Of a stretch of DNA of 64,000 nucleotides, positions 10,070 through 19,703 are shown one piece after another; positions within the stretch are counted from its first letter, which is position 1; the number at the start of each line of letters is the position of its first letter. The notes under the pieces were generated by a model. The model was not told where the DNA came from, searched no databases, and saw only the letters and a program-made list of their open reading frames with translations. This DNA is from Candidatus Obscuribacteraceae bacterium (GTDB lineage Bacteria > Cyanobacteriota > Vampirovibrionia > Obscuribacterales > Obscuribacteraceae): contig JBGASG010000001.1 of the NCBI GenBank assembly GCA_044229845.1, positions 992,001 to 1,056,000 of the forward strand, given 5' to 3'. A program made the translations under genes and the position numbers.

Positions 10070-10423
10070 TTATTGCAAACGCTGCGCCGTGTAGACCATG
10101 TCTTCGATGACCAGGCGATGCTCCACTCCGAAAGGAATCTGGCGGAAGCAAATGATGGTGTCTCCGGTACTCGAATCGATAAGCTGATCGTCTCCTACTC
10201 GCAATGCGAAGATCATATTGTTCGATAGCTGAACGCGCATCAAACCTGTGCGCTCGTCGCGTTCAGTATTAGTGATGTGGGCGAAACCACCAACCGTAAA
10301 TCCGACCAACCTTTTCATACCGTCGGCAAGAGTGCCGCCGCCATCGAGGGCGCCGCTCGGTTGCCAGGCTGACAACAGGAAAATCGCCGGCACGAGCACC
10401 CAAAGCAGAAGTTTCGTTTTCAT
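10070..10423 (-). CDS. Hypothetical secreted protein
   Basis: Signal-peptide-like MKTKLLLWVLVPAIFLLSAW from ATG 10423. Confidence 0.65.
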   Translation of the reverse strand: MKTKLLLWVLVPAIFLLSAWQPSGALDGGGTLADGMKRLVGFTVGGFAHITNTERDERTGLMRVQLSNNMIFALRVGDDQLIDSSTGDTIICFRQIPFGVEHRLVIEDMVYTAQRLQ

Positions 10424-10577
10424 GACGTCGCTCACCTTTCCGTTTCGTTTCCTGACACCTGTTATTCCCAGGTCAGGCATATAGGGTGGCGGTGACACCA
10501 CAATTTTTTGGAGTCAAAAAAGGGCGTTGTCGCCACGGGGGACTCCCGGAAGAAAAGACGCTGAGCCTATAGACAGA

Positions 10578-12035
10578 TCAGCAGGAGGCGGAGAGTTGGT
10601 GACGGAGCAGAGCGCGCCCTCCCGATTCGCCACATGATTTGGGCGACGGAATCAGTTTGCCCGGGTTGAGTAATTGCTGCGCGTTGAATGCGTCGCGCAC
10701 CCAGTTCATCGAAGCCAGTGTCGGCTCGTCGAAAGCGATGGACATCTCGAGCAACTTTTCGATGCCGATGCCGTGTTCGCCGGAGAGGGTGCCGCCCAGT
10801 TCCACGCACATCTCGAGGATTTCTTTGGCGCCCAGTAGGACGCGGCGCACTTCATCTTCGTTGTCCCGGTTGTACAAAAGGCAAGGGTGCAAATTGCCGT
10901 CGCCGGCATGATAGACGTTGGCGATGACGATTTTGTACTTGTCACTCGTCTTCTGAATGCGTTCGATTGCTTCGCGCAGACGCGAACGCGGAATCACGCC
11001 GTCCAGCACGTAGCCGTGCGGCGCCAGGCGCCCCATGGCGCCGAATGAGGTTTTTCGCGCCTTCCAGATTTGCGCGCGTTCTTTTTCGTCTTTGGCCCAG
11101 GTTATCGAAATGCACTGATTGGCTTGTGCGCACTTTTCGACTTCCTGGCGGTGCACTTCAATGCCGGCGCGCGGGCCGTCCAACTCGACGATCAGCAAAG
11201 CGCCTGCCTCGGTGTTCAAGCCCATGTGCAGCGATTCTTCCACACACCGCAAGGTCAGTTGATCGAGCATTTCCATGGCGGCCGGAATGACGCCGGCTGC
11301 CACTATATCTGATACCGCCTGCCCACCCGATTCGACCGATGGAAAGAATGCCAACATCGTCTCCACGCTCTGCGCGCGCGGAATGAGTCGCAGCCAGGCT
11401 TCCGTCGCTATACCCAGTGTGCCTTCGGAACCCAAAAACAATCCCAACAGATCCAGACCGAATGATTCGCGCGCCGGGCCACCAAATGTGGTGACACGTC
11501 CGTCCGGCAAGATCACCTTCACACCCAACACGTTGTTGGTGGTCAATCCGTACTTGAGAGTGTGCGCGCCGCCGGCGTTCTCTGCGATGTTTCCTCCAAT
11601 GGTCGATGCCACCTGACTGGAGGGATCGGGAGCGAAATACAAGTTGTGTTTGGCCGCTGCGCGTGAAACCGACAAATTGGGAACCCCCACTTCCACATGG
11701 GCGACAAAGTTGATCGGGTCGATAGACAAGATTTTCGTCAGACGCGTCAAGACCAGCGAGACGCCGCCGTAGATTGTGGTGGCACCACCGGAGAGTCCTG
11801 TGCCGGCGCCGCGCGGCGTGAATGAAACTCCGGCGCGATGGCACGCCATGATCACTGCGCGCGTTTCTTCAGTTGATGCCGGCAGCACGACGATGTCGGG
11901 GATTGCCGTGTCGAGCGTTTCGCCGTCTGATTCATAGACGGACAGATCGACAATCGACGTCAGAACATACTCGTCGCCGACAATGGCGCGCAGCTCTCTC
12001 TCTAATTCCGGATAAGTTCGCGGTTTGACGCGCAC
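10578..12035 (-). CDS. glcD: FAD-linked oxidase, glycolate oxidase subunit GlcD family
   Basis: PRGAGTGLSGG, PDPSSQ, TIGGNIAENAGG, GSEGTLG, HAGDGNLHP, GEHGIG. Confidence 0.85.
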   Translation of the reverse strand: MRVKPRTYPELERELRAIVGDEYVLTSIVDLSVYESDGETLDTAIPDIVVLPASTEETRAVIMACHRAGVSFTPRGAGTGLSGGATTIYGGVSLVLTRLTKILSIDPINFVAHVEVGVPNLSVSRAAAKHNLYFAPDPSSQVASTIGGNIAENAGGAHTLKYGLTTNNVLGVKVILPDGRVTTFGGPARESFGLDLLGLFLGSEGTLGIATEAWLRLIPRAQSVETMLAFFPSVESGGQAVSDIVAAGVIPAAMEMLDQLTLRCVEESLHMGLNTEAGALLIVELDGPRAGIEVHRQEVEKCAQANQCISITWAKDEKERAQIWKARKTSFGAMGRLAPHGYVLDGVIPRSRLREAIERIQKTSDKYKIVIANVYHAGDGNLHPCLLYNRDNEDEVRRVLLGAKEILEMCVELGGTLSGEHGIGIEKLLEMSIAFDEPTLASMNWVRDAFNAQQLLNPGKLIPSPKSCGESGGRALLRHQLSASC

Positions 12036-12061
12036 GGTTCTCGACGAAGACGACTTGGCTA

Positions 12062-12808
12062 CTACTGCTGCTGTCCCAGCCTTTCCTGATCGCCGGTAGT
12101 ATACTTGAAGCCGTTCGCCCCGTAGTTCTGCGCGAAGGTTCCATATTTCTGCACGAACTGCCGCCGAGAGCCCGGCGGAAACTGCAGGAGCATCTGGTCG
12201 CCGTCCAGAGACTTGACGGCCTGGAAAACAAGCACGTTGTAGAGCACGTTATTGCTTTTCTGCGCCATGTTCATCTGGGTGATGTGTCCGTCGCGCGTCA
12301 CGACGTAGCTCACCTGGCAGAGAAGCGGCTGGCTGTTGTGAAAAGCGGCTTTGGCGAAGAAGTTGTAGCGAGTGTATATAGCTTCGGCAACGCGACGGTG
12401 CCAGGCATCCCAGGCTAACTGCATGGCTGGATTGCCGCTGTCGGGATCGTTGGGATTGAACTGCGCCTGCGGCTGCTGTACCGGCTGCTGGGGCATGGCC
12501 TGTTCTTGTGGCGCCAGCGGCATGTTGTATGGGTTGCCGGTGGTCTGTGTGTTGCCTTGCAGCGGCTGCTGGTTGATCGCCTTCATCGCGTCGCTGGGCG
12601 CGTCAATGGCGTCCATGCCCGGCGTCGTGTCGTCTTTGTTGCTGAATGGGTCAGCTTCGATGTCTTTAGTGCGATTGAGTGCAGGCTGCTTCTGCTGCAT
12701 CATCTGGTCTTGCTGGACGTTGCCTTTCAGCACATCTGCCAGCACGGGCGGCATAGTGGTCGCAACCAGAGCCAAAACAACGGATAGGAAGAGTATTTTT
12801 CGGAGCAT
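12062..12808 (-). CDS. Secreted protein with Q/P-rich linker and TonB-C-like C-terminal domain
   Basis: Signal peptide; WDAWHRRVAEAI, VTRDGHI, SNNVLYN..V, FPPGS pattern. Confidence 0.65.
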   Translation of the reverse strand: MLRKILFLSVVLALVATTMPPVLADVLKGNVQQDQMMQQKQPALNRTKDIEADPFSNKDDTTPGMDAIDAPSDAMKAINQQPLQGNTQTTGNPYNMPLAPQEQAMPQQPVQQPQAQFNPNDPDSGNPAMQLAWDAWHRRVAEAIYTRYNFFAKAAFHNSQPLLCQVSYVVTRDGHITQMNMAQKSNNVLYNVLVFQAVKSLDGDQMLLQFPPGSRRQFVQKYGTFAQNYGANGFKYTTGDQERLGQQQ

Positions 12809-12953
12809 CGTGTATTCGCCGGGAAAAGATGTCAGGTGATCCACCCTGTCCCTACTTTAACGTTGACTAAGAATTAAGTAAAGGTGCTAAAGGTGGTTTC
12901 CCGCAAAGGGCTTTTCGTGGACTGGGCTGGCTTCTAGTACCATAGCGGTCTTC

Positions 12954-13751
12954 ATGTCTGCGTCCCAACCTACCATTGTCGACAGCCACGCCCACCTGGG
13001 CTGGGATTCGTTCGCTGAAGACCGCGACGAGGTGATCGCACGGGCATTTGAAAGTGGCGTCTCGCAGATTGTTCAGGCTGGCGTCTACCTGACCGGCATG
13101 GAAGAAACTGTCGCTATCGCCGAAGCCCATGCCAACATTTTCTTCGCTGTCGGGCTGCATCCGCACGAGGCAAAAGACTGGACCGATGCCGAGTCGCCGC
13201 GTGTGATTCGCGATTTTATGAGTCATCCAAAACTGGTTGCCATCGGGGAGTGTGGGCTGGACTATCACTACAACCACTCGGAGCAGGAGACGCAGCGGCG
13301 CGTTTTTGCTGAGCAGGTGAAACTGGCTCGGGAGCTGGATAAGCCGCTGATTCTGCACACGCGCGAGGCGTGGGATGACACATTCGAGATTTTGCGCCGC
13401 GTCGGCGAAGGCAAAGTACGTGGGGTTTTTCACTGTTTCACCGGCAGCCCGGACGTACTACCAGCAATCAGAGAAATCGACTTCTATGTTTCTTTCTCAG
13501 GCATAGTGACGTTTCCCAAGAGCACCGACATCCAGGCTGCGGCGAAAGAAGTAGCCGCAGACCGCATCATGGTTGAGACAGACTGTCCATATCTGGCGCC
13601 GCAGGGCTTCCGGGGTAAACGCAATGAGCCCGCGTATGTCTGGAAAGTGGCGGAAAAACTGGCCGAGCTGCGGGGCAGTGCTGTTGGCGACATTGCAGCC
13701 TCCACGTCACAAAATGCTCGCGCCTTGTTTCATTTGCCGCCACCGGCTTAA
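12954..13751 (+). CDS. tatD: TatD family hydrolase/DNase
   Basis: DSHAHL, GLHPH, AIGECGLDY, LHTREA, HCF, ETDCPYLAP. Confidence 0.95.
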   Translation: MSASQPTIVDSHAHLGWDSFAEDRDEVIARAFESGVSQIVQAGVYLTGMEETVAIAEAHANIFFAVGLHPHEAKDWTDAESPRVIRDFMSHPKLVAIGECGLDYHYNHSEQETQRRVFAEQVKLARELDKPLILHTREAWDDTFEILRRVGEGKVRGVFHCFTGSPDVLPAIREIDFYVSFSGIVTFPKSTDIQAAAKEVAADRIMVETDCPYLAPQGFRGKRNEPAYVWKVAEKLAELRGSAVGDIAASTSQNARALFHLPPPA

Positions 13752-14102
13752 CCCGCGAGACCGTCACGGACGCTGGTTTTTGTTAGTTTCATCACACGTA
13801 AAGCTTGTGTGTACAGAATTCCAATTGCGTTGTTGGAAAACTGCCCAGCAAAATTCAAACATCAACGCCGAGTTGGTCATCCAAGAATTTCGCCGGGAGC
13901 CCACAAGCTGCGCGGCGTGGCCCGAGAAAGTTTAGCCGAGCGGCCGGAGGTGCTTAGTCAAGCATCTCTGTTCCGTTTTTAGGTGGGTTGTGCGGACCAG
14001 TCAAGAAAGCTTGGAAGCCCTGACCGCGTTGGTTTTCGTGCGGAAAGCTGATACCATTTGTAGTGGCAAAGAGCCCTGACTCATTCCACGCGGTGGTAGT
14101 TT

Positions 14103-14121
14103 GTTGTCAGCGATTGACAAC
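14103..14121. promoter_or_regulatory. Palindrome GTTGTCA-N5-TGACAAC overlapping a TTGACA -35 box
   Basis: Perfect 7-bp inverted repeat about 115 nt upstream of the 14237 gene. Confidence 0.4.
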
Positions 14122-14236
14122 GCTCTCATGCCGTATATACAGCGAGAGTTCTCTATGAGATCTTTCTCGTAAGTAGTCTAGTCTTACTTGCTTTTGGGAA
14201 TAACGGCCCAAGAACGACTGGGGACCATTTCAAGAT

Positions 14237-15703
14237 ATGTTCAAACCCAAACGGACCGGAGCCCATCTAGCACCGCGCGAACTCTGTGTTGGCGTGCCCG
14301 ATGCAAATCTGCTGAAAGATTTGATGAACGATGCCGCCGGACACAAAAACGCCATGGTCAAACTGCCGATCAGGACCAACCTCGGCGGTTTCTTGCTAGT
14401 TGTACAGTGGCCTGAAGTTTCGCAGATGCCGACCTGGACGCTCTACGAGGGCGAAGCCGGCAATTCTGTGTTGTGGGCGTACGAACTGGATTCGTTCGAG
14501 ATGATCCAAACGACGCTGGGAATGACTTGCGATCCGCCGCCCGAGCCAGCTGCGGCTCCGGTTGCGCCAGTTTATGAAACGGGCGAGTCTCACTCTTATC
14601 GCTTTGGCGAAGACAAAGAAGAGCTTGGAAAAATGGACGAGTGGAAACCGGCTCCGGCTTCAGAGCCGCCCAAACCCGCAGAACCAGCTCCAATGCTCGA
14701 TCCTTACGGCGTGCCCATTCCGGTTGATGCTTACGGCAGACCAATCGAACAGGCACCAGCACCGGCACCGGCTCCAGCTCCAGCTCCAGCTCCGTATGGT
14801 GCCCCGGATCCGTATGGTCAGCCACAACAACCCTATCCGCTCGATCCGTATGGACAGCCGCAACCGGGTTATGGGCAGCCGCAACAGCCTTATGGCGCCC
14901 CGCAACCTGGTTATGGGCAACCGCAACAACCTGGTTACGGACAACCGCAACAACCTGGTTATGGACAACCGCAACAGCCTTACGGACAACCGCCTTACGG
15001 TGCGCCGCCGCAGCAACCTTACGGACAGCCCTATGGTGCTCCGCAACAGCCATATGGCCAACCGCCCTACGGTGCGCCACAACAACCTTACGGTGCGCCT
15101 GATCCGTATGGTCAGCCGCAACAACCGTTCGGCGCGCCACTAGATCCTTATGGCCAGCCGTATGGCGCGCAGCAGACTGCACAACCGAGCGTCTGGAACT
15201 CTCAAACAACCGGTCAGCAACAAAAGCCCAGTGGTCCTGCCGACAAAGTCGCCGTCAACATGCTGGTTCAGTACATCGACAAGCATCCGAAGACAATCAT
15301 CAGTGAGATGCTGGTCAGTGATGTGCTGCCCGGTTTCTGTGTTGACGCTGCGATGAAACTTCAGGAGATGGTATGCACCGGCAAGCTTGACGACAAGCTG
15401 GCTCTGGAAGTACTGAAGATGTCAGCTCACAAGAACGGTGCACTCGACGACGCCATGGTCGCCGAAGCCAAAGAAAAAGCCCGTGCCGAAGCGGGCGACT
15501 TCGATGTTGCAGAATTGCTCGATACAGCGAAGATTCACGACGCCGGTCCCGAAACTACCGATGCTGCGCGTCAGTGCGTGCGCTTGATCGCCGACGGAAA
15601 GATCGAGCAAGGCAAAGCGATTATTGCGTTGCACTACGTGCACCGCACCAAAGGCAAGCTGAAAGACGCCTTCTCCGATCTATCGATGGACGTGACAATC
15701 TAG
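14237..15703 (+). CDS. Hypothetical protein with a central PYGQPQQ low-complexity repeat region
   Basis: Long ORF with globular-looking N- and C-termini flanking P/Y/G/Q repeats. Confidence 0.8.
   Translation: MFKPKRTGAHLAPRELCVGVPDANLLKDLMNDAAGHKNAMVKLPIRTNLGGFLLVVQWPEVSQMPTWTLYEGEAGNSVLWAYELDSFEMIQTTLGMTCDPPPEPAAAPVAPVYETGESHSYRFGEDKEELGKMDEWKPAPASEPPKPAEPAPMLDPYGVPIPVDAYGRPIEQAPAPAPAPAPAPAPYGAPDPYGQPQQPYPLDPYGQPQPGYGQPQQPYGAPQPGYGQPQQPGYGQPQQPGYGQPQQPYGQPPYGAPPQQPYGQPYGAPQQPYGQPPYGAPQQPYGAPDPYGQPQQPFGAPLDPYGQPYGAQQTAQPSVWNSQTTGQQQKPSGPADKVAVNMLVQYIDKHPKTIISEMLVSDVLPGFCVDAAMKLQEMVCTGKLDDKLALEVLKMSAHKNGALDDAMVAEAKEKARAEAGDFDVAELLDTAKIHDAGPETTDAARQCVRLIADGKIEQGKAIIALHYVHRTKGKLKDAFSDLSMDVTI
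14790..15170 (+). repeat. Imperfect coding tandem repeats (P/G)YG(Q/A)PQQ
   Basis: Visible in both DNA and translation. Confidence 0.85.
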
Positions 15704-15723
15704 TCGCACCACATTCGGTGATG

Positions 15724-16362
15724 CTATGGGCGCAATCCGTTGAGCACCATCGCTGTGGCCTCTTGTTTGTGCTGCGCCATCATTTCTTTGTTGAGCAAGG
15801 GTTTGCCGTCCCAGAGATGTTTGACGTTTTCACGCGCACAGAAATAGAAGATGCACATGCCGACTATGTTGACGGCGGTGTGCTTTGGATCGGCATCTCG
15901 GAAGAGTTCGGCTTTCACGCCGCGCTCGATGATGTGCGCGATCGTTCCATATAAAGTGATCACGCCGAGCTTGTTGTAGTACTTGCCCTTGTTCTGGATG
16001 GCTTCATACATAAAAATGGCGGATAGCCGGGTGTGCTCGGCCGCACTGTCTATAAATTGATCAATCACCACCCGCAGAGCTTCATCGGCGGGCAGCGACT
16101 CCAGCTCCAGTCCTTGCAGCGCGCGCAGTCGGTCAAGAAAGGCACGTTCCAGAACCGCTTCGTACAGGCCTTCCTTGCTCTTGTAGTAGTAGTGAATCAT
16201 TGCCTTGGTCACGCCTGTGCGTGCGGCGATCGACTCGGTACGCGCCCCTAGGAGTCCGTTCTGGGCGAACTCCTCTTCGGCTGCATCGAGAATGCTGGCC
16301 TTAGTGGCTTCGGCATCGCGTTGGTGGGTGGCTGCTGGTCTTGGCATGGCTGGATGGCTCAC
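15724..16362 (-). CDS. TetR/AcrR family regulator
   Basis: ILDAAEEEFAQNG..GARTESIA..TGVTKAMIHYYYKSKEGLY; divergent from the efflux genes. Confidence 0.95.
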   Translation of the reverse strand: MSHPAMPRPAATHQRDAEATKASILDAAEEEFAQNGLLGARTESIAARTGVTKAMIHYYYKSKEGLYEAVLERAFLDRLRALQGLELESLPADEALRVVIDQFIDSAAEHTRLSAIFMYEAIQNKGKYYNKLGVITLYGTIAHIIERGVKAELFRDADPKHTAVNIVGMCIFYFCARENVKHLWDGKPLLNKEMMAQHKQEATAMVLNGLRP

Positions 16363-16371
16363 TGGCGCTTA

Positions 16372-16389
16372 ACTTACCATTTAGTAAGT
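16372..16389. promoter_or_regulatory. Putative TetR operator 1 (ACTTAC-N6-GTAAGT)
   Basis: Inverted repeat directly upstream of tetR; resembles operator 2. Confidence 0.65.
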
Positions 16390-16431
16390 ATATCACGGGT
16401 GTCGCCGTTCGGCTTAGTTCTAAACAGGGGC

Positions 16432-16481
16432 TTGCCATTTGGCGTTTTAAGAGGTAGTATAACTAACAGACTGGTTAGTTA
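16432..16481 (+). promoter_or_regulatory. Sigma70-type promoter (TTGCCA-N17-TAGTAT) with putative TetR operator 2 (TAACTAAC-N6-GTTAGTTA)
   Basis: Read directly; the operator at 16460-16481 covers the expected transcription start. Confidence 0.7.
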
Positions 16482-16515
16482 ATAGAATAACCCAGCTTTG
16501 GAAATCCTGTGCATC

Positions 16516-17817
16516 ATGCAAGCTTTAAAAATCCCAACTCCGAATGCCCTGCCCGAACTAAAAGAGATTCTGATTTCGCCGGCGCCGGTGAAGAAACTGG
16601 CGAACAAGCGCAATCTCAAATGGCTCATCGGTGGTTTGGCGGCCGGGGTGTTGGTTACCGGCGGATTGACCTACTGGCATTTTGCTTCCATGTGGGAAGA
16701 AACCGACAATGCCACCATCACCGGTCACGTTCATAACATCTCCTCGCGCGTTGAAGGTGTCGTCACTGATGTGCTCGTCGACGACAATCAGGTAGTTCCG
16801 GCGGGAACGCCGATAGTTCGCCTCGACACTCGCGACTTCCAGACGCAAGTAATGAATGCACAAGCGTCACTCGATCGCGCGCGCAGTCAATTAGATGTTG
16901 CCTCGCAAACGGTTGAGTCCACCGGGACATCAGCCGATGCCGCCACCACCAGCGCTGCCAGCGATTACGCAGACGCAGTGGCCGACGTGGCGCGCGCTCA
17001 GTCAGCCGTCAGCGACGCCAGAGCCGGTGTCGCCATGGCTCAAGCGAAAATGAAACAACAAGAAGCAGAGGTCGTGCGCGCCAAAAATGACTTCCTCAGA
17101 TATAAAGATCTGGAAGCCGAAGGTGCCATCAGCACGCAGCAACTTGATTCGGCCAAGCGTGACTTGGATGTAGCCAACGCTGCCATGACCGGTGCCAAAG
17201 ATAACTACACCCAGTCGGTGACGCGGGTGCAACAAGCCAGCGACAGCGTGAAACAAGCGCAAGCTAAAGTCCTGCGCTCACAGAGCACTGCACAGCAAGC
17301 CAAGTCGCAAGTGCAACAAACAGATGTACGTCGCAAGGAAGTTGCCGTAGCTAAAGCTGCCACCGAGGAGCAAGCTGCATCGCTGCGCTCCGCCCAGCTG
17401 AATCTGTCGTATGCCACCATCGTTGCTCCGGTGGAAGGAACCGTCGGCCGCAAGACAGTGGAAGTAGGACAACGCATCCAAGCCGGGCAGCCTCTCATGG
17501 CGCTCGTCAGCCCTGAGCGTTGGGTAGTTGCCAACTTCAAAGAAACACAACTGGCACGCATGAAGGCAGGACAAGAAGTCGAAGTTGAAGTCGACGCTCT
17601 GCCCGGCGCACACCTGAAAGGAACCCTGGATAGTTTCTCGCCGGCATCTGGTGCCCAGTTTGCCTTATTGCCGCCAGACAACGCGACCGGTAACTTCACC
17701 AAGATCGTTCAGCGGGTTCCGGTGAAAATCCTCCTCAGTAATGAGTCTATGAAGAAGTACGGCACTCGTATCACCCCTGGCATGTCTGTGATCGCCAAAG
17801 TGAGAGTTGCCGACTAG
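16516..17817 (+). CDS. emrA: HlyD/EmrA family membrane fusion protein
   Basis: ETDNA, V.DNQ.V..G, coiled coil, VANFKETQL, LLPPDNATGNFTKIVQRVPV. Confidence 0.9.
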   Translation: MQALKIPTPNALPELKEILISPAPVKKLANKRNLKWLIGGLAAGVLVTGGLTYWHFASMWEETDNATITGHVHNISSRVEGVVTDVLVDDNQVVPAGTPIVRLDTRDFQTQVMNAQASLDRARSQLDVASQTVESTGTSADAATTSAASDYADAVADVARAQSAVSDARAGVAMAQAKMKQQEAEVVRAKNDFLRYKDLEAEGAISTQQLDSAKRDLDVANAAMTGAKDNYTQSVTRVQQASDSVKQAQAKVLRSQSTAQQAKSQVQQTDVRRKEVAVAKAATEEQAASLRSAQLNLSYATIVAPVEGTVGRKTVEVGQRIQAGQPLMALVSPERWVVANFKETQLARMKAGQEVEVEVDALPGAHLKGTLDSFSPASGAQFALLPPDNATGNFTKIVQRVPVKILLSNESMKKYGTRITPGMSVIAKVRVAD

Positions 17818-17843
17818 TTCTAAAACTTTTGAGAGCCCGAGTA

Positions 17844-19475
17844 ATGTCAGCCCAATCACAACCGCAATCAAAATCGAATTTGCAAGCTGAAGCACAAGCG
17901 GTGACTAGACCCGATGCCGCCACGCTTGCCGATGCGGTGCCGATGAAAAGTTGGATCGCCGTTTTCGGTGTGGCACTGGGCGCTTTCATGGCGGTGCTCG
18001 ACATTCAGATCACCAACTCGTCCATGGCCGATATTCAGGGCACACTTGGTGCCACTCTTGATGAAGGTTCATGGATCGCCACCTCGTATCTGGTCGCTGA
18101 GATTATGGTGATACCGCTGACAGCTTTGTTTAGCCGCGTCTTCTCAACTCGCCGCTATCTGCTGGCTACGGCCGCGCTTTTCGTTGTGTTCTCTGTTGCC
18201 TGTGCTTTCTCGTGGAACCTGCAAGCGATGATTGTTTTCCGTATGGCTCAGGGCTTCACAGGTGGTGCGCTGATTCCTATGGCAATGACCACAATGATGA
18301 CCCAGCTTCCCAAAGCCAAGCAGCCCATCGGAATGGCAATCTTTGGACTCACTGCGACATTTGCTCCGTCCATCGGACCTGCGCTGGGCGGTTGGTTGAC
18401 CAGCAACTTCGGATGGAAATACATCTTCTTCCTCAACATACTGCCTGGCATCGCCATGATGTCCGCGATTGCTTATTCGTTTCCTAAACAAAAAATGCAG
18501 CTGGAAATTCTCAGGACAGTCGATTGGTTCAGCGTACTGGCAATGGCTGTCGGACTCGGTTCGCTGGAAGTCGTATTGGAAGAAGGCAATCGCAAAGACT
18601 GGTTCGGTTCGCCTCTGATTCTCAATCTGGCAATTGTCGCCGCTATTACGCTGACGTTCTTCCTCTGGCGCCAACTGACCGCCAAGCAACCATTTATCAA
18701 CTTGCGTTTGCTTGGCGAACGAAACTTCGGCGTCGGTGCCACCGCTAACGTTATCCTGGGGATGGGCATGTACGGCTCGATCTACGTGCTGCCGATGTAT
18801 TTGACCCAAATCCAGGGCTACGATGCGCAGCAGATCGGTGGCGTATTGATGTGGATGGGACTGCCTCAATTGTTTATCGTGCCGTTTATTCCTAAGCTGA
18901 TGCAGAAGATCGATCCGCGCATCATGATCGCGGTCGGATTAATCGTTTTCGGCGGCAGCTCTGTTATGAACGCGTTCATGACTGCCGACCACTCAGGCGA
19001 TCAACTGGCTTTTGCCCAGGTGGTGCGCGCGCTGGGTCAGCCGTTGATCATGATTCCGCTCTCGTCTCTGGCGATGTCGCGTATCGCGCCTGAGCAAGCA
19101 GCGTCCGCCTCCGCACTCTTCAATATGCTGCGCAACCTTGGCGGTTCCGTCGGCATTGCCCTGATCTCCACATTCCTGACCCGCCGCGAGCAGTTTCATT
19201 CCAATATCATTGGACAGTCGGTGACGTTGTTTGATCCAGCTACGCAAGATAGGCTGAATCAAATGACGGCCAGCTTCGCTGCTCGCGGCGCGGACATGTG
19301 GACGGCGCATCAACAAGCCTTTGCCATGATCGACCGGCTGGTGCGCCGCGAGTCATTCATCATGGCGTTCAACGATTGTTTCTTCTTTTTTGGCTGTGTC
19401 CTGATAGTTGCCGCCGGCACCGCGTTTATTTTGAAAAAGGCGCAGTCAGGCGGGTCCGCCGCCGGTGCCCATTAA
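17844..19475 (+). CDS. emrB: DHA2/EmrB family MFS efflux permease
   Basis: GAFMAVLDIQITN, WIATSYLVAE, APSIGPALGG, LEEGNRKDWF, RNLGGSVG. Confidence 0.9.
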   Translation: MSAQSQPQSKSNLQAEAQAVTRPDAATLADAVPMKSWIAVFGVALGAFMAVLDIQITNSSMADIQGTLGATLDEGSWIATSYLVAEIMVIPLTALFSRVFSTRRYLLATAALFVVFSVACAFSWNLQAMIVFRMAQGFTGGALIPMAMTTMMTQLPKAKQPIGMAIFGLTATFAPSIGPALGGWLTSNFGWKYIFFLNILPGIAMMSAIAYSFPKQKMQLEILRTVDWFSVLAMAVGLGSLEVVLEEGNRKDWFGSPLILNLAIVAAITLTFFLWRQLTAKQPFINLRLLGERNFGVGATANVILGMGMYGSIYVLPMYLTQIQGYDAQQIGGVLMWMGLPQLFIVPFIPKLMQKIDPRIMIAVGLIVFGGSSVMNAFMTADHSGDQLAFAQVVRALGQPLIMIPLSSLAMSRIAPEQAASASALFNMLRNLGGSVGIALISTFLTRREQFHSNIIGQSVTLFDPATQDRLNQMTASFAARGADMWTAHQQAFAMIDRLVRRESFIMAFNDCFFFFGCVLIVAAGTAFILKKAQSGGSAAGAH

Positions 19476-19703
19476 ACAGATCTCTACCGGCGCCATTGGA
19501 TCGAAGTCTCTGCGCCAGAGGGTCAAGCGGTCTGCATCAGTTTTGATGCAGGAGCTGTCGATTTTGCTTGCCGACTGCTCAAAAAACCGGTGTGCTGACG
19601 CAAAAATCGGGTTGGCTGCGTCAATACTGATGCAAACCATCTCGACGCACCCCTGAGCAGGTCGCAGCGCGCGTTGGTGTGGGACACCCTGTTGGTCAAT
19701 GAG

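Noticed and set aside
14790..15170. Tandem repeats as a possible CRISPR array
   Set aside because: The repeats are in frame, vary at codon third positions and lack unique spacers; no cas genes in the window.
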